Below are positions 55,251-64,000 of a stretch of 64,000 nucleotides of DNA, piece by piece. Made by a program: the position numbers and the translations under genes. The notes under the pieces were generated by a model. It did no database searches. It saw only the letters and a program-made list of their open reading frames with translations, and was not told the DNA's origin. Positions within the stretch are counted from its first letter, which is position 1, and each line of letters opens with the position of its first letter. Source of the stretch: Rhodospirillaceae bacterium (GTDB lineage: Bacteria > Pseudomonadota > Alphaproteobacteria > SHVZ01). The stretch covers positions 47,097 through 111,096 of the forward strand of contig JAEULB010000159.1 of the NCBI GenBank assembly GCA_016792585.1. The letters run 5' to 3'.

Positions 55251-57335
55251 TCAGGATCCGAAGACGACGTTGACGTTGCCGAGCGCGTCGCGCGAGGCCG
55301 AGGCGCCGGGGGGAACGACGGTGGTGCCTTCGTACTCCTCGATGATCAGCGGTCCCTGCCTGGGGCTCGAGGTCAGCGCGGCGCGGCCGAGCACCGGCGT
55401 GTCGATGCGGCCGTGACGCGGGCCGAAGTAGGCAGGGCGCCTCAGCTCCTTTGCTTCACCGCGGCCGGATGAGACCTTCATGGTCTCGGCCGAGCCGCCG
55501 GCCGGCGCTGTCGCGGTCACCGAGAGAGCCACGATCTCGGTCGGCACCGTGCCGCGGAAATTATGGCCGTAGGTGGCCTGATGCTCGGCCTCGAAGCGCG
55601 CCGGCAGTGCTTTCAGCGTCTTGGCCGTCGCCGTGCCGTCGGGGATCGCGACCGGCAGCTCGAAGGCCTGGCTGGTGTAGCGCATCGAGGCGACGCGCAA
55701 GAGGGTCGCCGTCTTCGCCCAAGGCCCCAGCTTCGCCAGCACCTCGGCAGCAAGCTCATCAAGGATGCGCGAGACCTCGGCCGGATCGGCGGTGAGCGTC
55801 TGCTTGAGGTATCCCCGCGAGCGGCCGAAGGCCACGTCGGAAACCAGGAGCCCGATCGCCGAGAGCACGCCCGCCGCCGGCGGCACGATCACGCGCGCGA
55901 TGCCGAGCTCCTTCGCCAGATGCGGGCCGAAGACGCCGCCATTGCCGCCGAAGGCGACGAGGCCGAACTCGCGCGGGTCGCGGCCGCGATAGGTGGAGAC
56001 CGCCTTGAGTGCCCGCATCATCGTCGCCGATGCGACCTCGAACACGCTCCAGGCCGCGGCTTCCGCCGTGGTGCCGAGGCGGTGCGCGACCATCTCCTCG
56101 ATCACGGCTTTCGCCTTCGCGGCATCGATCGGCACTGTGCCGCCCGCCAGCGCCGTCGGGTTGACGAAGCCCAGGATCACATTGGCGTCCGTCACCGTCG
56201 CCTCGGCGCCGCCGAGGCCATAGCAGGCAGGCCCCGGCATGGCGCCGGCGCTTTCCGGACCGACCTTGAGGCCGCCACCGCGGTCGAATCTGACCAGGCT
56301 GCCGCCGCCGGCGCCGACCTCCGATATGTCGATCACCGGCAGCTTCAGCGCATATCCGCCGCCTTTCACCAGGCGGCTCGAGAGCGAGATGCCACCGCCG
56401 ACCTCGTACTCGTCAGTATGCGCGATCTTGCCGCCTTCGATCAGCGAGGCTTTCGCCGTGGTGCCGCCCATGTCGAGCGTCAGCACATCCTTCATGCCGG
56501 CGGCGGACGCGACCTGCGCCGCGCCGATCACGCCGGCGGCCGGACCGCATTCGACGATGCGCGCCGGCTGGTCCATCACCGTCGGCGCGTCGAGGATGCC
56601 GCCGGACGACTGCATCACCAGCAGCCTGCCGGCAACGCCGTCACCCGCGAGACGCCTGGCCAGCGCGCCGATATAGGTCTTCACCGGCGGGCCGACATAG
56701 GCGTTCACCACCGAGGTGCTGGTCCGCTCGTACTCGCGGATCTCCGGCAGGATGTCGACCGAGAGCGTGACGAAGGCGTCCGGGAACGCCTGTCTCAGCT
56801 TCTCGCCGACGCGACGCTCGTGATCCGGGTTCGCATAGGAGTGGAGGAAGCAGACGGCGATCGCCTCGACGCCGGCCTTCCGGATCTCGGCGACGGCGCG
56901 ATCGAGATCCTTCTCGTCCAGCGGCGTCAGAACGCTGCCGTCCGGGTTCAGGCGCTCGGTCACCTCGAAACGCAGGTTGCGCGGCACCAGCGGCTGCGGC
57001 TTGACCCAGAGCGGATCGTAGAGCTTCGGCACGCGAACGCGGCGAAGCTCGAGCACGTCGCGGAACCCCTTCGTGGTGATCAGCGCGGTCTTCGCCCCCT
57101 TCCCTTCCAGGATCGCGTTGGTAGCGACCGTGCAGGCATGCAAGACCTCGGAGACGTCGGCGCCTTTCACTCCGCACGCCCTCAGGAGATCGCGGACGCC
57201 GTCGACCACCGCCGCGGCGTAGTCGGCGGGCGTCGACAGCACTTTGTGGGTGGCGATGGTGCCGTCGGGAAGCGTCGCGGCGATGTCGGTGAAGGTGCCG
57301 CCGATGTCGGCGGCGATGCGAATGGCGGAACTCAT
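55251..57335 (-). CDS. hyuA: Hydantoinase A / oxoprolinase family protein (HyuA/OplA-like, ATP-dependent)
   Basis: It starts at MSSAIRIAADIGGTFTDIA, the typical N-terminal ATPase motif of the family. 694 aa. Confidence 0.8.
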   Translation of the reverse strand: MSSAIRIAADIGGTFTDIAATLPDGTIATHKVLSTPADYAAAVVDGVRDLLRACGVKGADVSEVLHACTVATNAILEGKGAKTALITTKGFRDVLELRRVRVPKLYDPLWVKPQPLVPRNLRFEVTERLNPDGSVLTPLDEKDLDRAVAEIRKAGVEAIAVCFLHSYANPDHERRVGEKLRQAFPDAFVTLSVDILPEIREYERTSTSVVNAYVGPPVKTYIGALARRLAGDGVAGRLLVMQSSGGILDAPTVMDQPARIVECGPAAGVIGAAQVASAAGMKDVLTLDMGGTTAKASLIEGGKIAHTDEYEVGGGISLSSRLVKGGGYALKLPVIDISEVGAGGGSLVRFDRGGGLKVGPESAGAMPGPACYGLGGAEATVTDANVILGFVNPTALAGGTVPIDAAKAKAVIEEMVAHRLGTTAEAAAWSVFEVASATMMRALKAVSTYRGRDPREFGLVAFGGNGGVFGPHLAKELGIARVIVPPAAGVLSAIGLLVSDVAFGRSRGYLKQTLTADPAEVSRILDELAAEVLAKLGPWAKTATLLRVASMRYTSQAFELPVAIPDGTATAKTLKALPARFEAEHQATYGHNFRGTVPTEIVALSVTATAPAGGSAETMKVSSGRGEAKELRRPAYFGPRHGRIDTPVLGRAALTSSPRQGPLIIEEYEGTTVVPPGASASRDALGNVNVVFGS

Positions 57336-57486
57336 GGGGGCCGAGCCTAGGGCGAAGGAATTGAGGGGTCGAGTAGCGCTTCCCGATTTAACCCGATAAG
57401 CGTCGCTGATAGGCCCGATCAGCGCCGTTTCACCTTTGCAATCCGCGGCTTGGAAGCACCCGCGGAGACGCCTAGCCTCGGGCCTC

Positions 57487-59511
57487 ATGAAGCCCGTCCG
57501 CACCAAGTATCCCCGCCGCGTCCGCACCATCGAGAACGTCTTCATCCCGATGCCGGACGGCCGCAAGCTCGCCGCCCGCATGTGGATTCCGGAGGACGCC
57601 GAGACCGACAAGGTGCCGGCGCTCATGGAATACATGCCCTACCGCAAGCGCGACCAGAGCCGCGCCCGCGACGAGGCGATCCATCACTATCTCGCCGGCC
57701 ATGGCTATGCGTCGTTCCGAGTCGACACGCGCGGCTCAGGCGACTCCGACGGTCTGCTCCGCGGAGAATGGGAGCAGGGCGAGATCGATGACGGGCTCGC
57801 GATCATCGACTGGTTCGTCAAACAGCCCTGGTGCTCGGGCGCCGTCGGCATGATCGGCAAGTCGTGGAGCGGCTTCTCGGCGCTGGCGCTCGCCGGCACC
57901 GCTCATCCGGCCCTCAAGGCGATCATCCCGGTCTGCGCCGGCGACGACCGCTATCACCAGTCGCTGCACTGGACAGGCGGCACCTTCCTGGCCGAGCAGC
58001 TGTGGTGGACCGACACCATGGTGATCTTCAACGCGCGCCCGCCCGATCCGGAGATCGTGGGCGATCGGTGGCGCGAGATGTGGAAGGCGCGGCTCGACGA
58101 CAATCATCCCTGGATGATCGACTGGCTGAAGCATCAGCGCCGCGACGCTTTCTGGAAGCACGCCTCGCTCTCTGAGAAGGACAAGGTGACGGCCGCGGTC
58201 TTCGCCGTCGGCGGCTGGGCCGACTACATATCGCGCGCGGTGCCCAGGATGATGTCGAACCTGAAAGGCCCGCGCTTCGCGCTGCTGGGCCCCTGGGGCC
58301 ATCACTATCCGCATGACGGCGTGCCGCCGCCGACGACCGGCTTCCTGCAGGACTGCATCCGCTTCTTCGACCGCTACTGCAAGAACCTCGACAACGGCTG
58401 GGACAAGGAGCCGACGTACCGCGCCTTTCTCTCCTCCTTCCAGAAGCCGTCGACGAAGTATGCAGAGAAGCCCGGCCGCTGGGTGGCGCTCGACGCGTGG
58501 CCGTCCGACATGGTCCAGCGGCTCGCCTTCCATCTCAACTCCGGCCGCCTCGACAAGCGCGGCAGGCCAGAGCAGGCGCTGCAGCATTCTTCGCCGCTCG
58601 CGACCGGCTTCGCCGCGACCGAGTGGCTCAGCATGGATATCGAGGGCGAGCAGCCGCGCGACCAAAGAGAGGACGACGGCCGCTCCCTTACCTTCGACTC
58701 CGATCCGCTGACGAAGACTATCGACATCCTCGGCCGTGCCTCGCTCGAGATCGACGTCGCCGTCGACCGGCCGGTGGCCCAGCTCTGCGCGCGCCTCTGC
58801 GACGTGGCGCCGGACGGCACCTCGGTCCGCGTCGCGTTCCAGGTCCTCAACCTGACCCATCGAGACAACCACGAACAGCCGACGGCGCTGACGCCTGGCA
58901 AGCGCATGCGCGTCCGCCTCGACCTTCCGGATGTGGGCTACAGCTTCACCAAAGGGCACCGGGTGCGCCTGGCGCTCTCCACCTCCTACTGGCCGATCGT
59001 CTGGCCGGCGCCGGAGTCGGTGACGATGACGGTCTTCACCGGCGCCAGTACCTTCTCGCTGCCGGTGCTGAAGGGCACGACGAAGAAGCCGAAGTTCGGC
59101 ACGAACGAGCGCGGGCCCGAGATCGCGGTCGAGGTGATCGAGCCGAAGAAGATCGAGCGGCGCATTGTCCAGGACGGCATGACTGGCGAGATCGCGGTCG
59201 AGACCATCGGCACCGGCGGCTTCCTCGGCCCCGGCCGCAAATGGAAGATCACGCCGATCGGCACCGTGATCGGCCACACGCTCTACAAGCGCTTCGGCAT
59301 CGTCGAGGGCGATCCGACCTCGGCCAAGGGCGAGTACCGCCAGACCTACGAGCTGGAACGCGGTGACTGGAAGATCCGCATCCAGACGCATCTGACTTTC
59401 CACGCCACCAAGACCGACTGGGTGCTGAAGCAGGAGGGCGTCGCCTATGAAGGCGACACCGAAGTCTTCCGCAAGACCTGGTCCCACACCCAGCCGCGAG
59501 ACCTGATGTGA
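57487..59511 (+). CDS. CocE/NonD family hydrolase (S15 X-Pro dipeptidyl-peptidase-like), paralog 1
   Basis: It starts at MKPVRTKYPRRV. The nucleophile elbow is GKSWSG, and the typical C-terminal beta-sandwich domain follows. Confidence 0.75.
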   Translation: MKPVRTKYPRRVRTIENVFIPMPDGRKLAARMWIPEDAETDKVPALMEYMPYRKRDQSRARDEAIHHYLAGHGYASFRVDTRGSGDSDGLLRGEWEQGEIDDGLAIIDWFVKQPWCSGAVGMIGKSWSGFSALALAGTAHPALKAIIPVCAGDDRYHQSLHWTGGTFLAEQLWWTDTMVIFNARPPDPEIVGDRWREMWKARLDDNHPWMIDWLKHQRRDAFWKHASLSEKDKVTAAVFAVGGWADYISRAVPRMMSNLKGPRFALLGPWGHHYPHDGVPPPTTGFLQDCIRFFDRYCKNLDNGWDKEPTYRAFLSSFQKPSTKYAEKPGRWVALDAWPSDMVQRLAFHLNSGRLDKRGRPEQALQHSSPLATGFAATEWLSMDIEGEQPRDQREDDGRSLTFDSDPLTKTIDILGRASLEIDVAVDRPVAQLCARLCDVAPDGTSVRVAFQVLNLTHRDNHEQPTALTPGKRMRVRLDLPDVGYSFTKGHRVRLALSTSYWPIVWPAPESVTMTVFTGASTFSLPVLKGTTKKPKFGTNERGPEIAVEVIEPKKIERRIVQDGMTGEIAVETIGTGGFLGPGRKWKITPIGTVIGHTLYKRFGIVEGDPTSAKGEYRQTYELERGDWKIRIQTHLTFHATKTDWVLKQEGVAYEGDTEVFRKTWSHTQPRDLM

Positions 59512-61424
59512 CCGAAAAGCTCTACAGCCGCGCTCCCTCCTTCGGCGTCGTCGTCTCCGAGGACGTGATGGTGAAGATGGCCGACGGGATCCATCTCGCC
59601 ACCGACATCTACCGCCCGGCCCTTCCCGACGGCTCGCCCGCGCCCGGCAAGTTCCCGGTGATCTTCACCCGCACTTCCTACGACAAGTCGAACCCGGTGA
59701 TGCAGATCGGGCCGGTGGCGAAGTTCTTCACGCCCAGAGGCTACGTGACCGTGGTGCAGGACCTGCGCGGCCGCGGCCTCTCGGAAGGCCATGGCCAGTA
59801 CTTCCACGTGGCCAATGTCCGCGAGGGGCTCGACGGCGTCGATTCACTTGCGTGGATCGCGAGCCAACCCTGGTGCGACGGGCGCGTCGGCATGGTCGGC
59901 AGCTCGCATTCCGGCATCGTTCAGAACGTCGCCGCCTTCCATAAGCCGCCGTCGCTGAAGGCGCTGTGGGTCGACGTCTGCCCGACCTCGGCCTTCGATT
60001 GGGAGGCGCGCCAGGGCGGCGCCCAGGCGCTGCAGATGTTCGCCGCCCTCTTCCTGCACGGCTGGGACGTGCCGGAGATCCAGAACGATCCCGCCGCCAA
60101 GCGGCGGATCGAGTCGGCGGTCGAGAACATGCGCTCGCTGCTGCCGACCGGCCCCTGGAAGAAGGGACAGAACCCGCTCTCGGTCGTGCCCAACCTCGAG
60201 CAGGTCCTGATGCGCTACCAGAACAACGGCATCAAGGACGACTGGTGGAACATGGAGGTGCTGGAGCACAAGGCGCACTTCGACCGTTTCGCTGATATCC
60301 CCTGCGTCGTCTCCTCGGGCTGGTTCGATCCCTTCGTCGCCGATGTCGCCGGCCAATACCAGGCGCTGTCGAAGCGCCTGAAGTCTCCGCAGCGCATGAT
60401 CGTCGGCCCCTGGGGCCATGCCGGCATGCGCGCCGGCGGCAGCGCCTCGATCGAGGTCGATTTCGGCCCGGGCGCCGACTGGGGCTATCGCGTCTACAAC
60501 GCCGAGCGGCTTCGCTGGTTCGACAAGTGGCTGAAGGACATCGACACCGGCGTCGAGAGGGACGTGCCGGTGCGCTACTTCGAGATGGGGGGCGGCACCG
60601 GCACCCGCACCAGGCGCAGGCACCTCGACCATGGCGGCGTCTGGCGCGCCGCCGGCCAGTGGCCGCCGACGGGCTCGACACCGACGACGTTCTATCTCGC
60701 CGCCGACGGCGTGCTCGCGACGGCGCCGGCCGATGCGGCGCCGATCTCTTGGACGCATGACCCCGACCATCCGGTCGCCACCATCGGCGGCGCGGTTGCC
60801 GGCTTCCTCGAATGGGTGAAGCCGGGCGAGGGCATGGACCTCTCCTATGTCAGCCCCCGCGCGCGCATGCGCTCGCTCGTCCCCGACGGGCCGATGCACC
60901 AGAAGGAGCGCCCCGATCAGGTCGGCTCGCGTCCACCCTACCCGCTGCTGGCCGAACGGCCCGATGTGCTCGTGTTCGAGACCGCGCCGCTGAAGGAAGA
61001 CGTGGTGATCGCCGGCCCGATCGAGGCCAAGGTCTGGGTCGCCTCCTCCGCACTCGACACCGACGTGACCGTGAAGCTGCTCGACATCTCGCCGCCGACG
61101 GCGGAAGACCCCGCCGGCTTCCACATGCTGCTCTGCGACTCGATCCGGAGGCTCCGCTTCCGCAACGGCTACGACAAGGAGGAGCTGCTGGCGCCCGGCG
61201 AGATCGTCGAGGTGACCGTCGAGCTTCCGCCCTTGTCGAACCGCTTCAAGGCCGGCCACCGGATCCGCGTCGACATCGCGTCGTCGAACTTCCCGCGCTT
61301 CGACATCAACCCGGGCACAGGCGAGCCGCTCGGCCGCCATACCCACAAGGTCAAGGCGCGGAACACGCTCCATCTCGACAAGAAGCATCCGTCGCACATC
61401 GTGCTGCCGGTGATGAAAGGCTGA
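59508..61424 (+). CDS. CocE/NonD family hydrolase, paralog 2
   Basis: The GTG start overlaps the paralog-1 stop (GTGA). The nucleophile elbow is GSSHSG. Confidence 0.75.
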   Translation: MTEKLYSRAPSFGVVVSEDVMVKMADGIHLATDIYRPALPDGSPAPGKFPVIFTRTSYDKSNPVMQIGPVAKFFTPRGYVTVVQDLRGRGLSEGHGQYFHVANVREGLDGVDSLAWIASQPWCDGRVGMVGSSHSGIVQNVAAFHKPPSLKALWVDVCPTSAFDWEARQGGAQALQMFAALFLHGWDVPEIQNDPAAKRRIESAVENMRSLLPTGPWKKGQNPLSVVPNLEQVLMRYQNNGIKDDWWNMEVLEHKAHFDRFADIPCVVSSGWFDPFVADVAGQYQALSKRLKSPQRMIVGPWGHAGMRAGGSASIEVDFGPGADWGYRVYNAERLRWFDKWLKDIDTGVERDVPVRYFEMGGGTGTRTRRRHLDHGGVWRAAGQWPPTGSTPTTFYLAADGVLATAPADAAPISWTHDPDHPVATIGGAVAGFLEWVKPGEGMDLSYVSPRARMRSLVPDGPMHQKERPDQVGSRPPYPLLAERPDVLVFETAPLKEDVVIAGPIEAKVWVASSALDTDVTVKLLDISPPTAEDPAGFHMLLCDSIRRLRFRNGYDKEELLAPGEIVEVTVELPPLSNRFKAGHRIRVDIASSNFPRFDINPGTGEPLGRHTHKVKARNTLHLDKKHPSHIVLPVMKG

Positions 61425-61429
61425 AGCCC

Positions 61430-62911
61430 ATGCGTATCGCGACCATCCACGTCGGCCAGGAAACCAACGACTTCAACCCGCTGCCGACGACGATCGACGA
61501 CTTCAAGGCCTTCGGCATTCTCGAAGGCCAGGAGATCATCGAGAAGATGGCCGGCAAGGGCCAGGTCGGCGGCTGCGTCGACGCGATGGCGGCTTCGGGC
61601 ATGAACGTCGAGTGGGTTCCGATCATCTCCGGCTGGGCGATGGCCGGCGGGCGCATCGACACCGGCGCACGTCTGTTCTTCGAGGAGCGGATCGGCACGG
61701 GCCTCCGCAAGGCGGGCAAGATCGACGCGCTGGCTCTCCACCTGCACGGGGCCGCCGCGGCCGAGGGCGTCGACGATGTCGAAGGCGCGCAGCTCGCGAT
61801 CTGCCGTGCCGTCCTCGGGCCGGACGTGCCGATCGTGCTCTCGCTTGACCATCACGCCAACGTCACGCGCCAGATGGTCGAGCTGTCGGACGCGATCGTC
61901 GCCCACCGCACCCAGCCGCACGACACCTACGACACCGGCCGGCTCGCCGGCGACATGCTGGTGCGCATCCTCAGGAAGGAGATCAAGCCGGTGATGGCCT
62001 GGCGGAAGATCCGCCTCGTCACGCATCAGGAACAGTTCCTCACGTCCCAGGGCCCGATGAAGAAGTGGTTCGACCAGGCCCGCGAGTGGGAGAAGAAGGA
62101 CAAGCGCGTGCTGCACGTGGCGCTCTGCCCGATGCAGCCCTGGCTCGACGTCACCGAGGGTGGCTGGACCACGATCGTCAACGTCGACGGCGACCGGGAT
62201 CTCGCCGAGAAGCTCGCCGACGAGTCCGCCGACTTCGCCTGGTCGATGCGGAAGGACTTCATGGTCAAGGAAGCGGTCGCGGTCGACGAGGCGGTGCGCC
62301 GTGCCCACCAGGCGGCCAAGGGCGTTGTCGTGCTCAGCGACACCGGCGACACGGTGTTCGGTGGCACCGCCGGCGACTCGAACCTGATCCTGGAGTCGAT
62401 CCTCCGCCTCGGCATCAAGAGCAAGGCGCTGATGCCGCTGATCGAGCCGCAGACGGTGGCGAAGCTGGTCGCCGCCGGCGAGGGCGCCGAGGTGACGCTT
62501 CCGGTCGGCGGTCACAGCTCGCCGAAGTTCTTCAAGCCGCTCCTCGTCACCGGCCGGGTGAGGAAGATCGCCTCGGGCGTGGTCAAGGTCCCGGTCTTCC
62601 AGCAGCCCGAGCACGACATGGGCCGCACCGTGTTCTTCGAGGTCGGGCCTGCGACGCTGATGGTCAGCGAGAAGCCCGGCGCCGCCGGCAACGTGCCCGA
62701 GGTCTATCGCTGGTTCGGCTACGAGCCATCGGACTTCAAGATGGCGGTCCTGAAGACTGCGTCGAACTTCCAGTTCTTCAAGCCGATCACCTCCGAGGTG
62801 ATTCGCGTCGACACCCGCGGCCCCGGCCAGTCCGACGTGGTCGGCCTGCCGTGGCAACGGGTGCCGCGGCCGATGTATCCGATGGAGGATCCGAAGAGCT
62901 GGCGCGGATAG
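61430..62911 (+). CDS. M81-family metallopeptidase (microcystinase MlrC-like)
   Basis: It starts at MRIATIHVGQETNDFNP, a typical MlrC N-terminus. 493 aa. Confidence 0.7.
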   Translation: MRIATIHVGQETNDFNPLPTTIDDFKAFGILEGQEIIEKMAGKGQVGGCVDAMAASGMNVEWVPIISGWAMAGGRIDTGARLFFEERIGTGLRKAGKIDALALHLHGAAAAEGVDDVEGAQLAICRAVLGPDVPIVLSLDHHANVTRQMVELSDAIVAHRTQPHDTYDTGRLAGDMLVRILRKEIKPVMAWRKIRLVTHQEQFLTSQGPMKKWFDQAREWEKKDKRVLHVALCPMQPWLDVTEGGWTTIVNVDGDRDLAEKLADESADFAWSMRKDFMVKEAVAVDEAVRRAHQAAKGVVVLSDTGDTVFGGTAGDSNLILESILRLGIKSKALMPLIEPQTVAKLVAAGEGAEVTLPVGGHSSPKFFKPLLVTGRVRKIASGVVKVPVFQQPEHDMGRTVFFEVGPATLMVSEKPGAAGNVPEVYRWFGYEPSDFKMAVLKTASNFQFFKPITSEVIRVDTRGPGQSDVVGLPWQRVPRPMYPMEDPKSWRG

Positions 62912-62935
62912 CCCCTGCCTGGGCGATGATGGGGG

Positions 62936-64000
62936 ATGGCGCATCCCTATCGCCGCCTGCTCCAGGACCGTGACGTAAGCACGCTCTGGGCCGGCGTCAC
63001 GATCTCCTCGATCGGCTCGGAGCTCTATGCCTTCGGCGCGATCTGGCTCGCGGTCTCGATCGCCGGCGCGGAGGGCTCCCTGCTGGCGACCGCGCGCTTT
63101 GCCACGATCCTGGTGATGAGCGTCGCCGCCGGGGCCTTCGTCGACCTGTTGCCGCGGCGTGTCCTGCTGATCGGCGCGGATCTGATCAGGGCCGCCTTCT
63201 CCTTTCTCGTGGTAATCGTCGCGCTCGCCGACGGCCTTTCGCTCTGGCTCCTGATCGCCGTCGCCATGGTGCTCTCCGCCTGCGGCACGATCTATCAGCC
63301 GACGCTGCAGTCCGGCATTCCCCAGATCGCCCCCGACCAGGACCGGCTCCGCGAGACCAACGGGCTGATCGACGCGACGATGCGCATCGCCCAGGCCATC
63401 GGACCGTTCATCGCCGCCGCCATCGTCGCGGTTCTGCCGGTCATCCATCTGCTGACGCTGAACGCCGCGAGCTACCTCGCCTCGGCCGGTGCGATCTTCC
63501 GCATGGGCCACCGGCTCGACGGCCCCATGCGCGAGACCCGGCAGACCTTCCGCAAGCGCCTGCTCCGCGGGCTCGATGCGACAAAAGGCTGCCCCGGCGC
63601 CTGGCGCATCCTGCTGACGACCTGCCTTCGCGCAGCGGTCGCCGTGCTGTGCCTCGTCGTCGGCATCCCGCTCTTCTTCGCCCAAAGCCCTGCCGGCAGC
63701 GTGAGCGCAGCCGCCTTCGTGATCGGCGCGGCGGCAATGTGGGAAGTTCTGGCGAACTTCGTCATCGTCGCCCGTCCCGTCCGCTCGACTTGGCGTTCCA
63801 TATTCCTCGGCTATGCCTCGATCGGCGCCGGCGTGGCGCTGATCGGCGTGGCCGAACTCTTCCTGTCGGGCCTGATGCAGGTGACGACGATGGCGGCATC
63901 CGGCCTCCTGATCGGCTTCGGCAACTCGATGGCCGGAATCCAGATGCTGACCTGGTTCGGCAGCCGCCTGGACTCCGGCGACTTCGCCGCGATCCTCCGT
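62936..64000 (+). CDS. MFS transporter, N-terminal 355 codons; 3' end is outside the window
   Basis: Hand translation gives MAHPYRRLLQDRDVSTLWAGVTISSIGSELYAFGAIWLAV..., with multiple TM segments. It is open to the window end and absent from the ORF track because it has no stop. Confidence 0.65.
   Translation, partial: MAHPYRRLLQDRDVSTLWAGVTISSIGSELYAFGAIWLAVSIAGAEGSLLATARFATILVMSVAAGAFVDLLPRRVLLIGADLIRAAFSFLVVIVALADGLSLWLLIAVAMVLSACGTIYQPTLQSGIPQIAPDQDRLRETNGLIDATMRIAQAIGPFIAAAIVAVLPVIHLLTLNAASYLASAGAIFRMGHRLDGPMRETRQTFRKRLLRGLDATKGCPGAWRILLTTCLRAAVAVLCLVVGIPLFFAQSPAGSVSAAAFVIGAAAMWEVLANFVIVARPVRSTWRSIFLGYASIGAGVALIGVAELFLSGLMQVTTMAASGLLIGFGNSMAGIQMLTWFGSRLDSGDFAAILR

Noticed and set aside
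1-64000. CRISPR arrays, tRNA/rRNA genes, IS elements, integrases and prophage genes.
   Set aside because: No direct-repeat/spacer periodicity was seen. No cloverleaf-compatible 70-90-nt GC-balanced segments were seen. No transposase (DDE/HTH) or tyrosine-recombinase motifs were found in any frame. Every sizable gap was accounted for by promoters, terminators or the REP-like element.

Overview
The window is 64 kb of high-GC DNA (about two-thirds G+C by eye, falling well below that only in a few short patches). The gene content points to an alphaproteobacterium, probably Rhizobiales or Hyphomicrobiales; that assignment is an inference. Coding density is very high on both strands. I found no rRNA, tRNA, CRISPR array, transposase or integrase. 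The region reads as a catabolic and transport accessory region that is unusually rich in amide-bond hydrolases.

Main content, in order along the window:
- Three paralogous gamma-glutamyltransferase (Ntn-hydrolase) genes, two in tandem and one further along, next to an FAD oxidoreductase and an MmgE/PrpD-family gene.
- A five-gene peptide/nickel-type ABC importer (family-5 substrate-binding protein, two permeases, a fused double ATPase), plus four further orphan family-5 substrate-binding proteins elsewhere in the window.
- A pcaHGBC protocatechuate ortho-cleavage block.
- An Ldh2-family oxidoreductase followed by two tandem amidase paralogs.
- An orphan sensor histidine kinase.
- A Pip / RidA / neutral-ceramidase-like operon.
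- A Liv-type ABC importer diverging from a TetR gene and an acyl-CoA synthetase.
- An M20 peptidase, a dienelactone hydrolase and cutC.
- A hydantoinase/oxoprolinase-type hyuA-hyuB pair, translationally coupled to a DUF2237 gene and an Asp/Glu/hydantoin racemase.
- Two tandem CocE/NonD hydrolases followed by an MlrC-like M81 peptidase and an MFS transporter.

Most notable non-genic signals:
- A roughly 80-bp G-depleted, AT-rich patch of about 28% GC recoded in frame inside the second GGT gene.
- A REP/RIME-like composite palindromic element between two convergent genes, with a related hairpin in the GGT1-GGT2 spacer.
- Several exact inverted repeats that look like operators for the adjacent GntR and TetR regulators.
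- Three clean intrinsic terminators.
- An untracked 51-codon membrane ORF downstream of the ABC ATPase.
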